Below the pieces are notes generated by a model. It was not told the origin of the DNA, did not search any database, and saw only the letters and a program-made list of their open reading frames with translations. Shown in pieces: positions 52,617 through 64,000 of a stretch of DNA of 64,000 nucleotides. The position numbers were made by a program, and so were the translations under genes. Source of the stretch: Trypanosoma brucei (Eukaryota); contig CP000067.1 of the NCBI GenBank assembly GCA_000002445.1, positions 480,001 to 544,000 of the forward strand, read 5' to 3'. Position 1 is the stretch's first letter. Each line of letters starts with the position of its first letter.

Positions 52617-55337
52617 CTAATGGGTATTCATAGCCATTAGAACATCAACGCAGTGGAGACTCTCTGGGCTGTTCATTTCCACCCTTTTTTGTAATTCTTT
52701 AAAGCGAATGTTATCTTCTTCTATTTGCGCCAAGGTTGGCGTGGATAGCATACCGAAGTCATCACTTTGTAAGGTGACCTCCACCTCCGCCGCCCGCCTT
52801 GCATCCCGTGTTCCTGGATTTTGAGCAACAATCGCGACGCGTTGACGAGGTACACCGCGGTGAAGGGTAGCCATGGTAAAAGCCGCGTCACCGACATGGT
52901 GCTCTCGTGAATTCCCCTTGGATTTGTAAAAAACGTGGAGTGTAATAACGTCTTCGTCAGGTTGAGCAAGATAAAAGTAAAAAGTCTCATTAAATCTTAT
53001 AGCAGAGCTTAATTCCTTGACAGAGGTTTTGTACTTTTCCTTCACGGATTTTACCTTTATAACGACGTATCCAGGCTCAATAATCGGACGTCCGTTCTTC
53101 ATTAAGTCCCTTAACTCAACAATCGTAACTGCGAGGTGGGCTCCGGCTGCAACGGCGTTCTTTTTTTTATCGGCTAGATGGGGAGACGCCGGCGGGTAGG
53201 CGAGTTGCTCCATAGATCGTCTCCGGGCACTGCGCCTGGTGCTTCTAGAATTTCTTCTTGATTGGTGGCGTTGACCCTCCTGTCGCTCATCTTTAATAGA
53301 AACAAGTTGCTTCCACAGTCCATCATTTGCCTCTCTCAAAGCGAACAGCTGATCATTTAATTCTTGAAGCTTCTTATCCCTCTTTTCTGCGACCTCGGAC
53401 TGCTCCTTTTGTGCGAGGGCCTCTTCAAGTCTTCTCATTCTACTCTCAATCCCACTCCCCCTCATTGGTTCACCTTGAACAATGCCCAGACCGTCATTGG
53501 TCAGATGCCTCTTTAAAACGCTTAAAGATTCCTGAAGCTCATGTATTCTATTCTCCTTACTTTTGTTAGCATGCCGCAAGTCAACGATCTCATTACTAAG
53601 GCGATTCTTCTCTGACTGAAGAAGCTGCAAGCTATTTTGTCGCTGTTCCGTCTCTTTGTAAAAGTCTTGCAGTGACATACGCCTCATTTTCCTTTTCGCT
53701 TCATCTTCCTCCGACCATGCTGTCTCCAGGGATCGCATAAAATCCTCAGTCGAGTCCAACTTATCTTTCAAAAACTTATCAATGACAGTTGCTTCAGAAA
53801 CTCCTCTCGTTCGGGGCCTCTGCTCATTTTCCCCATTTCCCAAATCATTGCTATCATGGGCCAACTCCCCCGCGGAATTATTCCTAGAGTTACGTAAAAG
53901 CAGACGCTGCTGAAGGGATTCGTTCTGCAAAAGTAGTTTGGCTATTTCCGCCTGATACTCACTCCTACTGGATTCACTCGCAGCCAGTTGCTCCTCATTC
54001 GCAGCTTTCAGAGAGGAAATTTGCCTTGTATACTCGAGCAATGAATCACGGAGTTGCTCATTCTCATCTAGAACCGCCTTCATTTCATGTACATCGTAGC
54101 ACCTGGAGTCTTTTTCTCTGTTGATATTGTATCCTTTCTGCAAGGAAAGCTCCTTCTCTGTGGAAACAAGGGCAATTTCTAGCTCCTTCACACGCACCTC
54201 AAGATCGTTGTATTCCTCTTCGGCACGCGAGTTCCGAAGGTGAAGGTGTTCGATTTCCTTATGGAGCTCTTCATTTTCCCTCATAAGTAATTCATTCTTT
54301 CTGCTAATGTTACCATTGAGCACTTCGAGTGATTGGATCCGGCTCTCCCTTGAGGCATCACTATCATCAATTTCGCTCACTTTGTCGTCAACATCATCCA
54401 CTGAGGGGTCGCCCAGGCGCAACTTATTCTTCATGCGGCCTGGTTTCCTCTCTTCCCGGAAGACGGTGACTTCGTGCTTGAAGGAATCCAACTGATGTTG
54501 TATTGCCCGGTAAACATCGCCCCCAGTTCCAATATTATTGCCTTGAAGTGTGCTTATCTCGACCCGTAACGCGGCCTCCATTTCCCGCCACTCACGCTCC
54601 TTCGCACGATAACGTTCCTCAGCAAGCTGTAGTTTCTCCTCGAGCTCGGCAATATCTTCCTTAAGAAGGGCCTGCTGAAGATGTTGATTGCTTCCACGGG
54701 TCTTCACGTCCCAGTTCTCTCTCTGTTGGGCAGTGCCATCGAATCGCTTTACGGACGCAAGCAGCTCTTCATAATCTTGAAGGTTTCGGGATCTTTCGTT
54801 TTCCCAAGTCTCTTTTGCAAGAAGCCATTGATGCTGCACTTCATGAAGTTGTTCCTCCAGCTCTGCGTTTCTTTTCTTTAGTAGTGACACTTGCAGGTCA
54901 TTTTTTTCCTGTTGTTCATTTATATTTTTACATCTTTGGTCAAGGTGGCTTTCACGCTGTTGAGCCTTATTAAGTAACCCCCGAAGCTCATGAACTTCCG
55001 AACGCAGAGAACTGTTTTCTTCAATTAGTTTAACTGCTTCGGCTCTAAATGAAGTTCCTGATGTATCAGCAGTTTCCCCAGATTTCAACTTCATGAGTAA
55101 AGCGTTATTTTCTTCCTCAAGGACCCTCGCATTTCTGTTCGCAAGAATCAGCTTTCCTTCAACATCGCTCAGTTCCTTTAGCTGTTGTCGTAAGTCCCTG
55201 AGGCGAACCTCTTGCTCATACTCGTTGAGCTCCTTGGCGGCAAGTTGTTCCTTCAGACTGGCACAAAGATCACTGAGCTCATCTATTGATTGTCTGTCAT
55301 CAAAGATAGGCTGCTGACCAAAATCAACCTGCTGCAT
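52617..55337 (-). CDS. CC2D: coiled-coil protein with a putative C-terminal C2-like beta domain (CC2D-like, FAZ-associated in T. brucei)
   Basis: 906 aa. About 700 aa are heptad-rich coiled-coil (QLKELSDVEGKLILANRNARVLEEENNALLMKLK...). The C-terminal roughly 150 aa are non-coiled and beta-rich (VVIKVKSVKEKYKTSVKELSSAIRFNETFYFYL...ITLHVFYKSKG). This matches the described architecture of TbCC2D. The identification rests on architecture and synteny recalled from memory. Confidence 0.6.
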   Translation of the reverse strand: MQQVDFGQQPIFDDRQSIDELSDLCASLKEQLAAKELNEYEQEVRLRDLRQQLKELSDVEGKLILANRNARVLEEENNALLMKLKSGETADTSGTSFRAEAVKLIEENSSLRSEVHELRGLLNKAQQRESHLDQRCKNINEQQEKNDLQVSLLKKRNAELEEQLHEVQHQWLLAKETWENERSRNLQDYEELLASVKRFDGTAQQRENWDVKTRGSNQHLQQALLKEDIAELEEKLQLAEERYRAKEREWREMEAALRVEISTLQGNNIGTGGDVYRAIQHQLDSFKHEVTVFREERKPGRMKNKLRLGDPSVDDVDDKVSEIDDSDASRESRIQSLEVLNGNISRKNELLMRENEELHKEIEHLHLRNSRAEEEYNDLEVRVKELEIALVSTEKELSLQKGYNINREKDSRCYDVHEMKAVLDENEQLRDSLLEYTRQISSLKAANEEQLAASESSRSEYQAEIAKLLLQNESLQQRLLLRNSRNNSAGELAHDSNDLGNGENEQRPRTRGVSEATVIDKFLKDKLDSTEDFMRSLETAWSEEDEAKRKMRRMSLQDFYKETEQRQNSLQLLQSEKNRLSNEIVDLRHANKSKENRIHELQESLSVLKRHLTNDGLGIVQGEPMRGSGIESRMRRLEEALAQKEQSEVAEKRDKKLQELNDQLFALREANDGLWKQLVSIKDERQEGQRHQSRRNSRSTRRSARRRSMEQLAYPPASPHLADKKKNAVAAGAHLAVTIVELRDLMKNGRPIIEPGYVVIKVKSVKEKYKTSVKELSSAIRFNETFYFYLAQPDEDVITLHVFYKSKGNSREHHVGDAAFTMATLHRGVPRQRVAIVAQNPGTRDARRAAEVEVTLQSDDFGMLSTPTLAQIEEDNIRFKELQKRVEMNSPESLHCVDVLMAMNTH

Positions 55338-58050
55338 TGTTAACCTTCTTGAATACTTCCTAATGTATTATTATTAACCTTCCGAAGACACAACAAAAAA
55401 ACAGGGCAATTTTTTTTAAAAAGGGACTCTTTTTTCGCTCAACACTCCTGAATATAACTTTTTCAATATTTGATAAACAAAGGCTTTATCCTTTTTCAAA
55501 TTAAAACGAATACACATAAATACCACACGCCTACATATGTTAAGACATAAATGAACAGCAGCGGATATGCTTGGGTAAAACGATAAAGACTTTTTACTAC
55601 TATACAAAAATGAGCAAGCTCATCAAACAAGTCATACCCGAACGCCGATGAGCATTTCTCGGCTGTCAAACCGGTTACAAAAATAAGTTGAGAAGGTATT
55701 TAAAAATGAAATAAGCAAAATTTTGGCAGGTAGGACACAAAAATATAAGAGAAAATGCCTCCACACGTACGCGTGCATGCATCCACATCCGCGGCAAATA
55801 ATAAAAAGAACAACGGGGGAAAAAGGTAGCAACACCCATCTATAACTAATAAACACCAAACAAATACTCTTAAATAGCAAATATTGTAACATCAAACGAA
55901 GCGATTACTCAATAAGCAACAATGCTTAAACAAATTCGCCAAATAGGTAAGTGCATTTATACTAATGTGACACTACAAAAAGCAAAAAAAAATGTACCAA
56001 GTTATGCCAAACACCTCTCAATGCGCTAAAAGCACCAAATTCCCACAAAGCAAGGAAACAGAGATGATAATAACAAATGCTACATTCAGTACTGTTTTTC
56101 GTATCCGCCAGCACAAGAAAGGCTTCACTGACAAAAATAATATACAACCACGGTAAATAAAGCAAAGGCTATATGTACAGAAGAACATCCACATCTTAGT
56201 ATTTTCATGTGAAAAAAAATGCTTGCAACAGCCTAAAACAATCAGGGACGCCACGGCCCATAGTGATCATCAAAACATTCCTTAGTACCTAGACAACAGT
56301 CAAAGGTTCAAAACAAAGCCAACACGGCCACAGCATCAAATGGAACATGAATGGGTTTAAATGAATTAAACAGTAACAAAAATAAGAAGGTATATCTCCC
56401 CATATCCTAACCAAAAAAAAAGAAGTGTAAAAAAGAAAAAGTGATCACAAAGTTGATATGCAATAACCGTATGTTTCTCTACCCTAACAAACTCGAGGTA
56501 AAACTACGGCACAGTTCGTCCGCACATCCAACGAACAAAAGAAGTACAAAATAAGACCCCACATACCTCCGTAGCTCCCGATACCTAATACAAGAAATGC
56601 GTCAGAGTTTTTCTCCATTTGCTGTGTAAAACGAAAACAGAAAAAACCCCGTAACAGCACCCAGATCTCATGCTTAGCGGCTATACAAAAGAGACAGCGA
56701 CAAGAAATACACCAACCCAAGCAACCTTACAGCTACCCTTCACCGCCAAGTGTCAGAATCCTTACGCACATCCCCCCAAGTAGCCCCTATGCCACGATCG
56801 CCCACTGGGAACCCCCAGTGGGATTGGCAGCGGCGCATACAAATCCCACCGCCCCCTTCCCGACGTCAGTCTAAATATAGCAAGAGTTGCGTCGAAAAAC
56901 AAACCAATGAGTTAAGGGATACCGACGCGGACTTTCCATCTCTTTCTCCTCCGGGCTCCTTTATACGCGGCCGGAAGCCACCCACTCTCCCCCCCCTCAC
57001 ATAAGCCTAAAGAAACTCAGCGTACACAACTGTCAATGCCGCCACCGCTCAAGCAATGCAGCACGCAGGCACAGACAGCACCACCTTCGCCACGCCAGAG
57101 AGCCAACAGACGCAGACCGCTGTCCCGGCGCACCTCTTCTGCTCCAGCGTTGCGTTGCGCCCTCAGAGGGAGGCGACAACATCCCGCTATGGGGAAGACA
57201 CCACACACATACAGAGCGACCACACCGGCAATGCGAGACGGCAGAACACGGTGGCACGTTGAGCCAGACACTATTACCACGAGTCGATGAGAGCCGACAG
57301 AATCAACAAACAAACGTCACCGCCGAACGCCACGGGGCGCCGCTCACGACCGCTGCCCAGCAGCTTGCGGAAAGACCATCAACGGCTACGTAAAGTAAAT
57401 CGAAACTAAAACCCTAGCCGAACGACCCTGGCGGCCGCCGTCCCAGAGAAGTGTGCGGCCCCATCACCTCGCGATCAGTGACAGGACAGGCCACGCGCCC
57501 ATGCACGGCACAGCAAAAAAAAAGCCAAATGTTCTATTGCGAGGGAAACCCAACATTGGAAAACTTGGCGTTCCAGATGTCTTAACCGCGACACGGCAAC
57601 GACAGGGACCCGGAAGCAGAGGCTCAACTCACGACCCTCCTGTGCAGCACCGACAAAGACGCACGGTCTCATCGCAACGGAAAACCCCGCAACAGCATAG
57701 GAGGTCGCCGCTCGTCACCAACCTAACGGAGGACGGCCCCAACACAGCGCGGTCCGTACTACCCAACCAGTGACTCCATTATGGCAGCGAGCCGCTCCCT
57801 TGGTTCTCGGTTACGAGGGGAAAACTCTCAGTTCTGGAGCACAAAGCCTCAGCAGAGAGTAACCCGGCCCAACGACGGCACTCCAGCCCCACAAGGAAGC
57901 AGCTGGCTGTCGTGGGTTGCGTGGATGTCCCTTTATGTCTCTTACCGTATAGGGTCTCACAAACACGTTCACAAGGGGGCGAAGGCATCTCCCTTGCATT
58001 TACTCCTCAGCATTCGCTCTGTCACAAAATGTAGTTTCACTTAGAAACCT
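55338..58050. promoter_or_regulatory. putative divergent strand-switch region and start zone for the minus-strand polycistron. It is A-rich, then CA-rich, on the plus strand, which is GT-rich on the transcribed minus strand.
   Basis: No credible ORF on either strand. All upstream genes are on the minus strand and their 5' ends face this region. A compositional switch occurs near 58 kb. Dispersed, GT-rich pol II start regions are described for T. brucei (established knowledge; not testable from sequence alone). Confidence 0.35.
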
Positions 58051-61000
58051 GCTATGAGACCCGGGCCATCACTTCGGAATGTTTTTTTTGGGGGTGTGGA
58101 GAGCATTGTAGACTACGTTTACCGTGTTCTGCGGTTGGGTTTGGCGAAGCGGCTTCGAAAGAAGCTTTACCGCTGGGTAACAACAAGCAAAAAATAGCTT
58201 ACTGGCCGAAAGGTGGGCTAAGAAAGGTTCTTTCCGGGCCTTGCGCTAAAACAGTTATCTTCACTTGTGGCAAAAGATTTACGCAGCGCTTTTTACTGTA
58301 GAGGTTGAAAAAGCTTTGCAAACGGCACTGGATGGTATGGGTGTGATATTTCAAGTGCGGCAAAAGTTTGAGAGCGCCGAACAACGGTGGCAGTTTGTCC
58401 CCATTTTTTTTTCCACTTGAGGTGGCAGAGCACCAATAAAAAAAAGTTGTTGTTCCGTTCGGCCCTAGAAATATTTTAGCCTGCTAAAAAAGCACGCTGC
58501 GGAGCCACCAAAAATAAAAAATAAAAGACTGTCAGCATAAACATTTTATTTCTGTTCTACCTTTCAAAACACCAGAAAAAAGTTACTATCCCGGAGTCAG
58601 TGGTTCTCAATTTGCAGCGGACACCGTGCGACACCATTTTAAGGGCGGCGCATTGAAAAATTTCCGATATCCTCTCTCTGTTGCAGTCACCGCATTCCTC
58701 CTCATACAAACTAAAAACCAACGTTTACACGACTAACTGTTCAACAACCCTGGTGGGGCCAAACATCTCGCGGGATTTCAGTGTGCGCTAACTTGCTCAG
58801 GAAACAGAAGCAATTACTATAATTCCGAAGATTTTTGGAAAGCCAAACTTTGAGCTACCCTTCCCCCGAGTGGCACTGTCACTGCACTACCATCTCAAGG
58901 GTTGTGGGAGACAACTGTGGAAACATATGGCAACCGACGAGCCGGCGAAAGCCCCAGCAGCTTAGCAGTGACGCCATCCCCTTTATTACCTTTCTCAAGG
59001 GATTTGCTAGAGTGAACTGCAACAGGGTTTCGCGATAAATTCGAAAACTTTCCGTAGAAATGTCGCTCATCCCCCACCCACCTTCCGCTGTCAGAGGACA
59101 ATCGAGGGAAGCCCGTTCAGGAAAATCGCTCTCCCGCACAAAAAAAATTTAATTGAGGATAGGCACATCGTGCGACATCACCCGACCCTCCACTGTTAAT
59201 AACCATAGTGAACTTCCTTTTTAACAAGTGTCACAAGACGCAGGTTCCAACCCCCAATGTAGTTTCTTCGCAAGAGACCTAACGATTGGTAGGAGGTACA
59301 AAGATTGCCCAGCAAGGGGACAGAACGCCGCGGCTGCGCCGGAGACCCGCCATTATTTCAAAAGGGTCACCGCCAAGAAAGCAAGACATGGGGTGTTTTT
59401 TGGGGTGCTTGAAGAGCCACTTCACACTAGCACTCGGTGGCTCCCAACACGGGCAAAAGGAGAAATCCGGAAGTATTAGGAAACCACCCTTCTTCTACTG
59501 CAAAAGAATTCTCTAAGCACACAAAAAGTGTGCGAAAGGCTAAATATCCCCCCCTTCCATAACCGATGGCCACTTTCTCCACGTAATGGCGGCGAAATCA
59601 AGAGATTTTCCGGACGTCCTAACTTACCCTTGCTCGCAGCAAACACCTACAAACGACGGTCTGGCGTCATGAGACAGCGTCACAGCAGCAGAAAGTACTT
59701 CAGACGTCTCAGAGAAAGGCATGACAGGTAGTTTACGGAGTAATTAGGGACCGCCACGCACGCGCCGCCCCTCCGGGGACGACCTACCTTTCCTCTGCGA
59801 ATCGGTGATGGCCCTTGGCTCGTAGCAGATCCCTGCCTTTGGCGGTTGTAGCAGGCAATGCAAAAAAAAAAAAGAAAACGCCGGTACAGTCCACCGTGCA
59901 TCTGGCCCCGGAAGCACCTTTTTCCCCAGAGCCGTGCTGAACCATCCCTCCCCCAGGGAAGGACTCCCCACGCTCCCAACAGTCCTCTTTGACGGTGTTT
60001 CTGTTTCACGTTATTTTTTCACTTGTCGCAGATCTCGGTCAAGGAGGGGAAATGATGAGGAAGATTTAAGGGAAGTGGAAATCAAAACGCTCCTTCACCC
60101 TACTTTGTGAAAGTTTGCTTGTTCAGGGGTGTGATGTAAGGCTAATGTGTTCTATCCTGCAAGGGTGCATGTGTCACTGACACTAGTGGTGGACATGAGT
60201 CTGTGTGGTGTCAGTGGTTGCCGCCAGGTGAACTCACACCCAGGGGGAGGGTAAACGTTCCACATTGCCACCGTAGGTGCCTCGGCTACGCTGTTAAATG
60301 GCCACTGCGTCCTGCTGTGTTTGGGTACCCCCTCTTCTTCAAGGGTTGTCCGTTTGCTTTGCTCAGGAGGTGGTGCCGTATGGAAAAGGGGGAATTCCGT
60401 GAGTGAAAACTCATAAAACGAGCACTCCACACCGTGTTTTTCGGAGGCTGATATATCGGCTGGAAAGTCTCACCTTTTCAGCCTTCCCGAAACCGGTCTG
60501 ACTCGCTCGATGTTACTGCCACACCCCTCGTTTGTTGGCCGCTTCTTTCAGTGCCGCTCAAAGGAAATGGCCGGGGATCGGTTATGGGAAGACAGGAACA
60601 ATCGGTTCATAACGATTTTTGTCAGTGAGTGGGGTGGGGTGACGGCTCTTTCCACCTCCACGGCTGTCATTTGGTGTCTGCACTCAATTTATGGACTCAG
60701 GGCTTTGTGCCGATGTTACCCCTTTAGGACTGCGAACAAAACGCGTGTTAACACGAATATTTGTTTCATCCTACAGGTTTATAAGTGCTTCGCCATCTCT
60801 GCGCGCTGCCTCTATGTTTCTCCCTTTTGGATGTGTTGCTTTTCGGCCCCTGACTGCCAGCCAGTCGGGCCCCTTTGTGGTGTTGATTTCGTTGTCACGT
60901 GCACGGCAGAAGTGCCTCGGCTGGGCAGACGTTCGTGGGCTTTGATCGCTTTGTTTTTGGGCGTGTACGTCCTCGTAGTCCGGGGTCTCTTCTGCAGTTG

Positions 61001-64000
61001 GGGGGGGGGGACCTCCAGTATTTGACTTGGTGATAGCAGCTGGTTTGTGGGTGGAGCAGTGTTTGCCCGTTTAGTTGGGGTACTCGTAGTGTGAAAAGGG
61101 TCACTCCGTCTCTGAGCTCCTCCGATCGGCACCGCGCCGCATATGCTACGGAGGACTCGCCGTCACTATTGAGTTGGGAAGCTCCGCACGGCATTGCGAT
61201 TTTTGCCGCTTCGTAGCCGAGTCTAAGCGTCGATGAAATGAGGCCCTGGGAGGTGGGTCCAGTTTGGTTGGACCACTTCTTCTTCATTTTGGTCCTCACA
61301 GCACGTGAGTTGTGCACGGCTGCGGGGGGCGAAGTTCCACGTGCCTTGTTACGGGTGGTCGCCTGCGTCGTCGGCTGTGGCTCGATTTTCACTCCTTTTT
61401 GGCGAGGAAAGTCGGGGCGTATATTGTTTGAGTACCGGGTGGGGCACGTGCCTTTTCTCTAACCGCGGCACGCCAGCGGTTCGCGCGTCCCGGGCTCCAC
61501 ATTCGTAGCTGTGAATTTGGGCTCAAAGGTCACGCTGCTATTCTCCCATGCTGGGTGGTTTAGTTACTGTTGCAGCAATTTGCTTGTTTAGGACAGACAC
61601 AGGCGCCCATTTACGGTAGTTGTTGCCCTCGCCTCGCTTGCGTTTGTGGGGTACCGCCAGTGAGCAGCGATGGAGGTCCTGCGCAGTAGCAGGCGGGGGT
61701 GTGCTCTTGGCATTTGGTGTGATATGCGCGGGTGATTGCTGGGAGCGGTTTTCGTGACGTTTCCGAATGAAGCTATTTATTTCTGTCTGTTGAAGATTAT
61801 TTCCATTTTGCAACGACTAATAAAGTTGTTATCAAAATAGCCCAGGTAGAAGTGCTTTCAACCCTTTTAGGCGGCGGTGCGCGGTGCTTTGGATGCCAAG
61901 ACCAATGGAATTGTTGCCGCTAAGTTGCCAGGGCTCTGACGTACTTCATTGAGCGTCGCGCTTCCATATTTTTTTTGTTTCTTGCAGGGACCGGTGCCAA
62001 AGCATTGAAGCATTTGCCGCATAGTCCTGGATCGGTGCTGCATGCACCCGGGGGTTGCACCCTGTAGTTAGCGCGTGTTCCGAGAGGAGGTGGTCAGTGG
62101 TTTCCTTTTCCGTCTTGTGAGGGGAATTGAAGTTCCCATTTCCCATATGTAGTGTGGGTTAATGATGCTGTTGAATCTTGCCCACGGATTCTCCGACGAA
62201 TTTGTGGAGCACATTTTTTCAGTGGTTGTTCGTTGAAATAAAGGGGGTGTGGACATACGGTTTTGCTATTGGTGTTTCGGAAGACTGCTTCTCCATACTA
62301 GAAGTGGGCTGTTACAGAGTCGTTCCAGTTCTCTGCAAAACACGGGAATCGGTCAACATTCTGTTTCCGAACTGTGTTTACAACACTTGCGTGTTCGGAC
62401 TGGTCACTGGTTGTTTAGTTGCAGCGTTTACGAATGGGGTCGCGAGAAGTTGTGTCCCCGATCGTACTGCCGTGACGTGTAACGGGGCTGTGCTTCGATG
62501 CCCACCGCGGGAACCCTTCTGCATGGCGCAGGTAATACCCTTTTGCTTTTACTGGCGTCACGTTGTCGGCTGATTGAGCACCTTTAACAGATGTCCGCCC
62601 ATTCGAATTGAAAGGTTTTGGACACCCCCTAACCGATCAGTTTATGCAAACGAGCACAGGGGCGTAATGTGACTTTTCGGTTTGTGGAACCTTGGCTCAC
62701 CCGGGGGATATGGGCGACCAAGGCTATCAACGTATTCCACCGTTAAAGGGACAACAAAATTGCCTTTAATATATATTTTTTCACGTCCCTAGATAAATGA
62801 ATGTGTCGACAACTACCATTTACCTAGTGTAGAATACCCGTCTCTTTGGTTGCATGGGCTGTGAGGAGGGGGAGCTGTGCGTGGAAGGTGAAGCGACGGG
62901 CGCGCGCGCTAATAAACGTATTTCTGCCGGAATGAAGAGGATATTCACGCTGTCATCTAGCTCGGAGAGGGGGTTAAACAAGAGCAAATGAAGCTTAATT
63001 AAATCACCAGAGATCTGGAAGTTACAATCAATTATTCTGCTGAACCGCATCCAGTTGAAGTAACCTGCGAAGAGTTCTGGAGTTAGCCGGGAGTCGGCTG
63101 TCTTTGGGATGGGGACGGAACACCGAGGGCTTTACAGTATGCTATCTGGGTGATATGACCTAATTACTTTTGTACGTCGAGATGGTTTGGGGATGCCTGA
63201 TATGTTAACATGCCAATGTGATGGCTCCCTCGCTCCATTCTGCAGGGGAGATGTGGGTGAGTTTTGTTCCGGTGGAACAACTTGTATCTTTTTTTTTTTG
63301 CATTGTAAGGGAATGCCAGAAGCTACTTCCTCTGTGCATGGAATAGGATACCCCCGATTATGGACTGTGATGGGTATACTGTTGAGAACTGCAAGGGTGA
63401 CCCAGAAACAGCGAGGGGATGTTACAAATGTCTCCCCGTCCCCGTCCCGGAACGGTGAATTTTGGACCCTGACTGCAAAATCCTCCAGGGGGCGTGTTCG
63501 GGCCGGGGTTTGTTAGCGCCCACTGACATGTGTCAGATGAGATAGTTCGCCTGTTTCGTATTTTGCCATACGGCTGGACCTCTCTGACTGTGATACCGAT
63601 ATGATGGAGCTATTTCCATGTAGACACAACTGATCTGTGTTTCATCCGAACGTCTCGCTGAGTCAAGGGAGAGTTCAAGCGGATGACCGTAATTCATTTA
63701 TTTCTTTATGTGAAAATGTACTTCGTGGCATTGTGCTTTCCAATGCAGTTGGATGTCGTTATCACACAGGATTTTTGTTGCTGCGGAATTACACCTATTG
63801 GAGCTGTATTTCTTGTGCGACTTGATACGATCGATTTTGCGGTGACGCTACCCTTCCTCTCTGAGTATGGCGCCGCCTACGTAGATATTGTCGGCAGAAC
63901 GGGGGATTGTCGGAGGGAAAATGGTGTGGTCGGGGCATCTGCTGCGGAATACTTGAACGGGGCGCACCATGTTGATTCCGTTGTTTATGTTGGCAATGTC

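Noticed and set aside
61000-61010. G11 homopolymer (and C11/C12 runs at 1941, 22691, 51702) as functional G4 / i-motif elements
   Set aside because: These are single isolated runs rather than four closely spaced tracts. They are more likely polymerase-slippage hotspots or sequencing-prone sites. Noted only as possible assembly-error positions.
60510-63516. Plus-strand ORFs of 109 to 171 aa (60510..61025, 62178..62573, 63187..63516) as first genes of a plus-strand polycistron
   Set aside because: They are Cys/Gly/Val/Trp-rich translations of GT-rich DNA, short, and lack any motif. They are more likely non-coding promoter-proximal sequence. They cannot be excluded without RNA-seq or ribosome profiling.
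55338-64000. tRNA / snRNA / SL-RNA genes in the ORF-free strand-switch region, where trypanosome pol III genes often cluster
   Set aside because: By-eye scan found no T-loop-like GGTTCGAATCC-type motifs with appropriately spaced A/B boxes and no cloverleaf-sized GC-rich islands. This is a negative result by inspection only; tRNAscan-SE would be decisive.

Overview
The window appears to be from a kinetoplastid nuclear chromosome, most likely an African trypanosome of the Trypanosoma brucei group. Evidence: there are no introns; 17 closely spaced protein-coding genes all lie on the minus strand as one polycistronic unit; the spacers are low-complexity with pyrimidine tracts on the transcribed (minus) strand; the intergenic DNA is AT-rich and microsatellite-dense; and the gene products are typical (two Alba proteins with RGG tails, SUV3, CC2D-like). 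From memory, and not verifiable here, the gene order SUV3 / RuvB-like / ACBP / AP mu / ALBA4 / ALBA3 / coiled-coil / giant repetitive antigen / coiled-coil-C2 protein matches T. brucei chromosome 4 around Tb927.4.1990 to Tb927.4.2080.

Layout:
- 1 to 5.7 kb: gene-free and microsatellite-rich.
- 5.7 to 55.3 kb: the 17 minus-strand genes, including a 13.4 kb gene (4455 aa) built from about 120 copies of a 69 bp / 23 aa coiled-coil repeat with nested higher-order repeats.
- 55.4 to 64 kb: ORF-free, with an abrupt change in strand composition (CA-rich, then GT-rich on the plus strand). This is consistent with a divergent strand-switch or RNA pol II start region.

A 190 bp block is present in two 100% identical copies, 42 kb apart, in two different intergenic regions. 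No tRNA, rRNA or CRISPR features were found.

The sequence does not show an obviously novel system. The main items of interest are the giant repeat gene, the putative start region, the dispersed identical repeat and the gene-converted ALBA pair.
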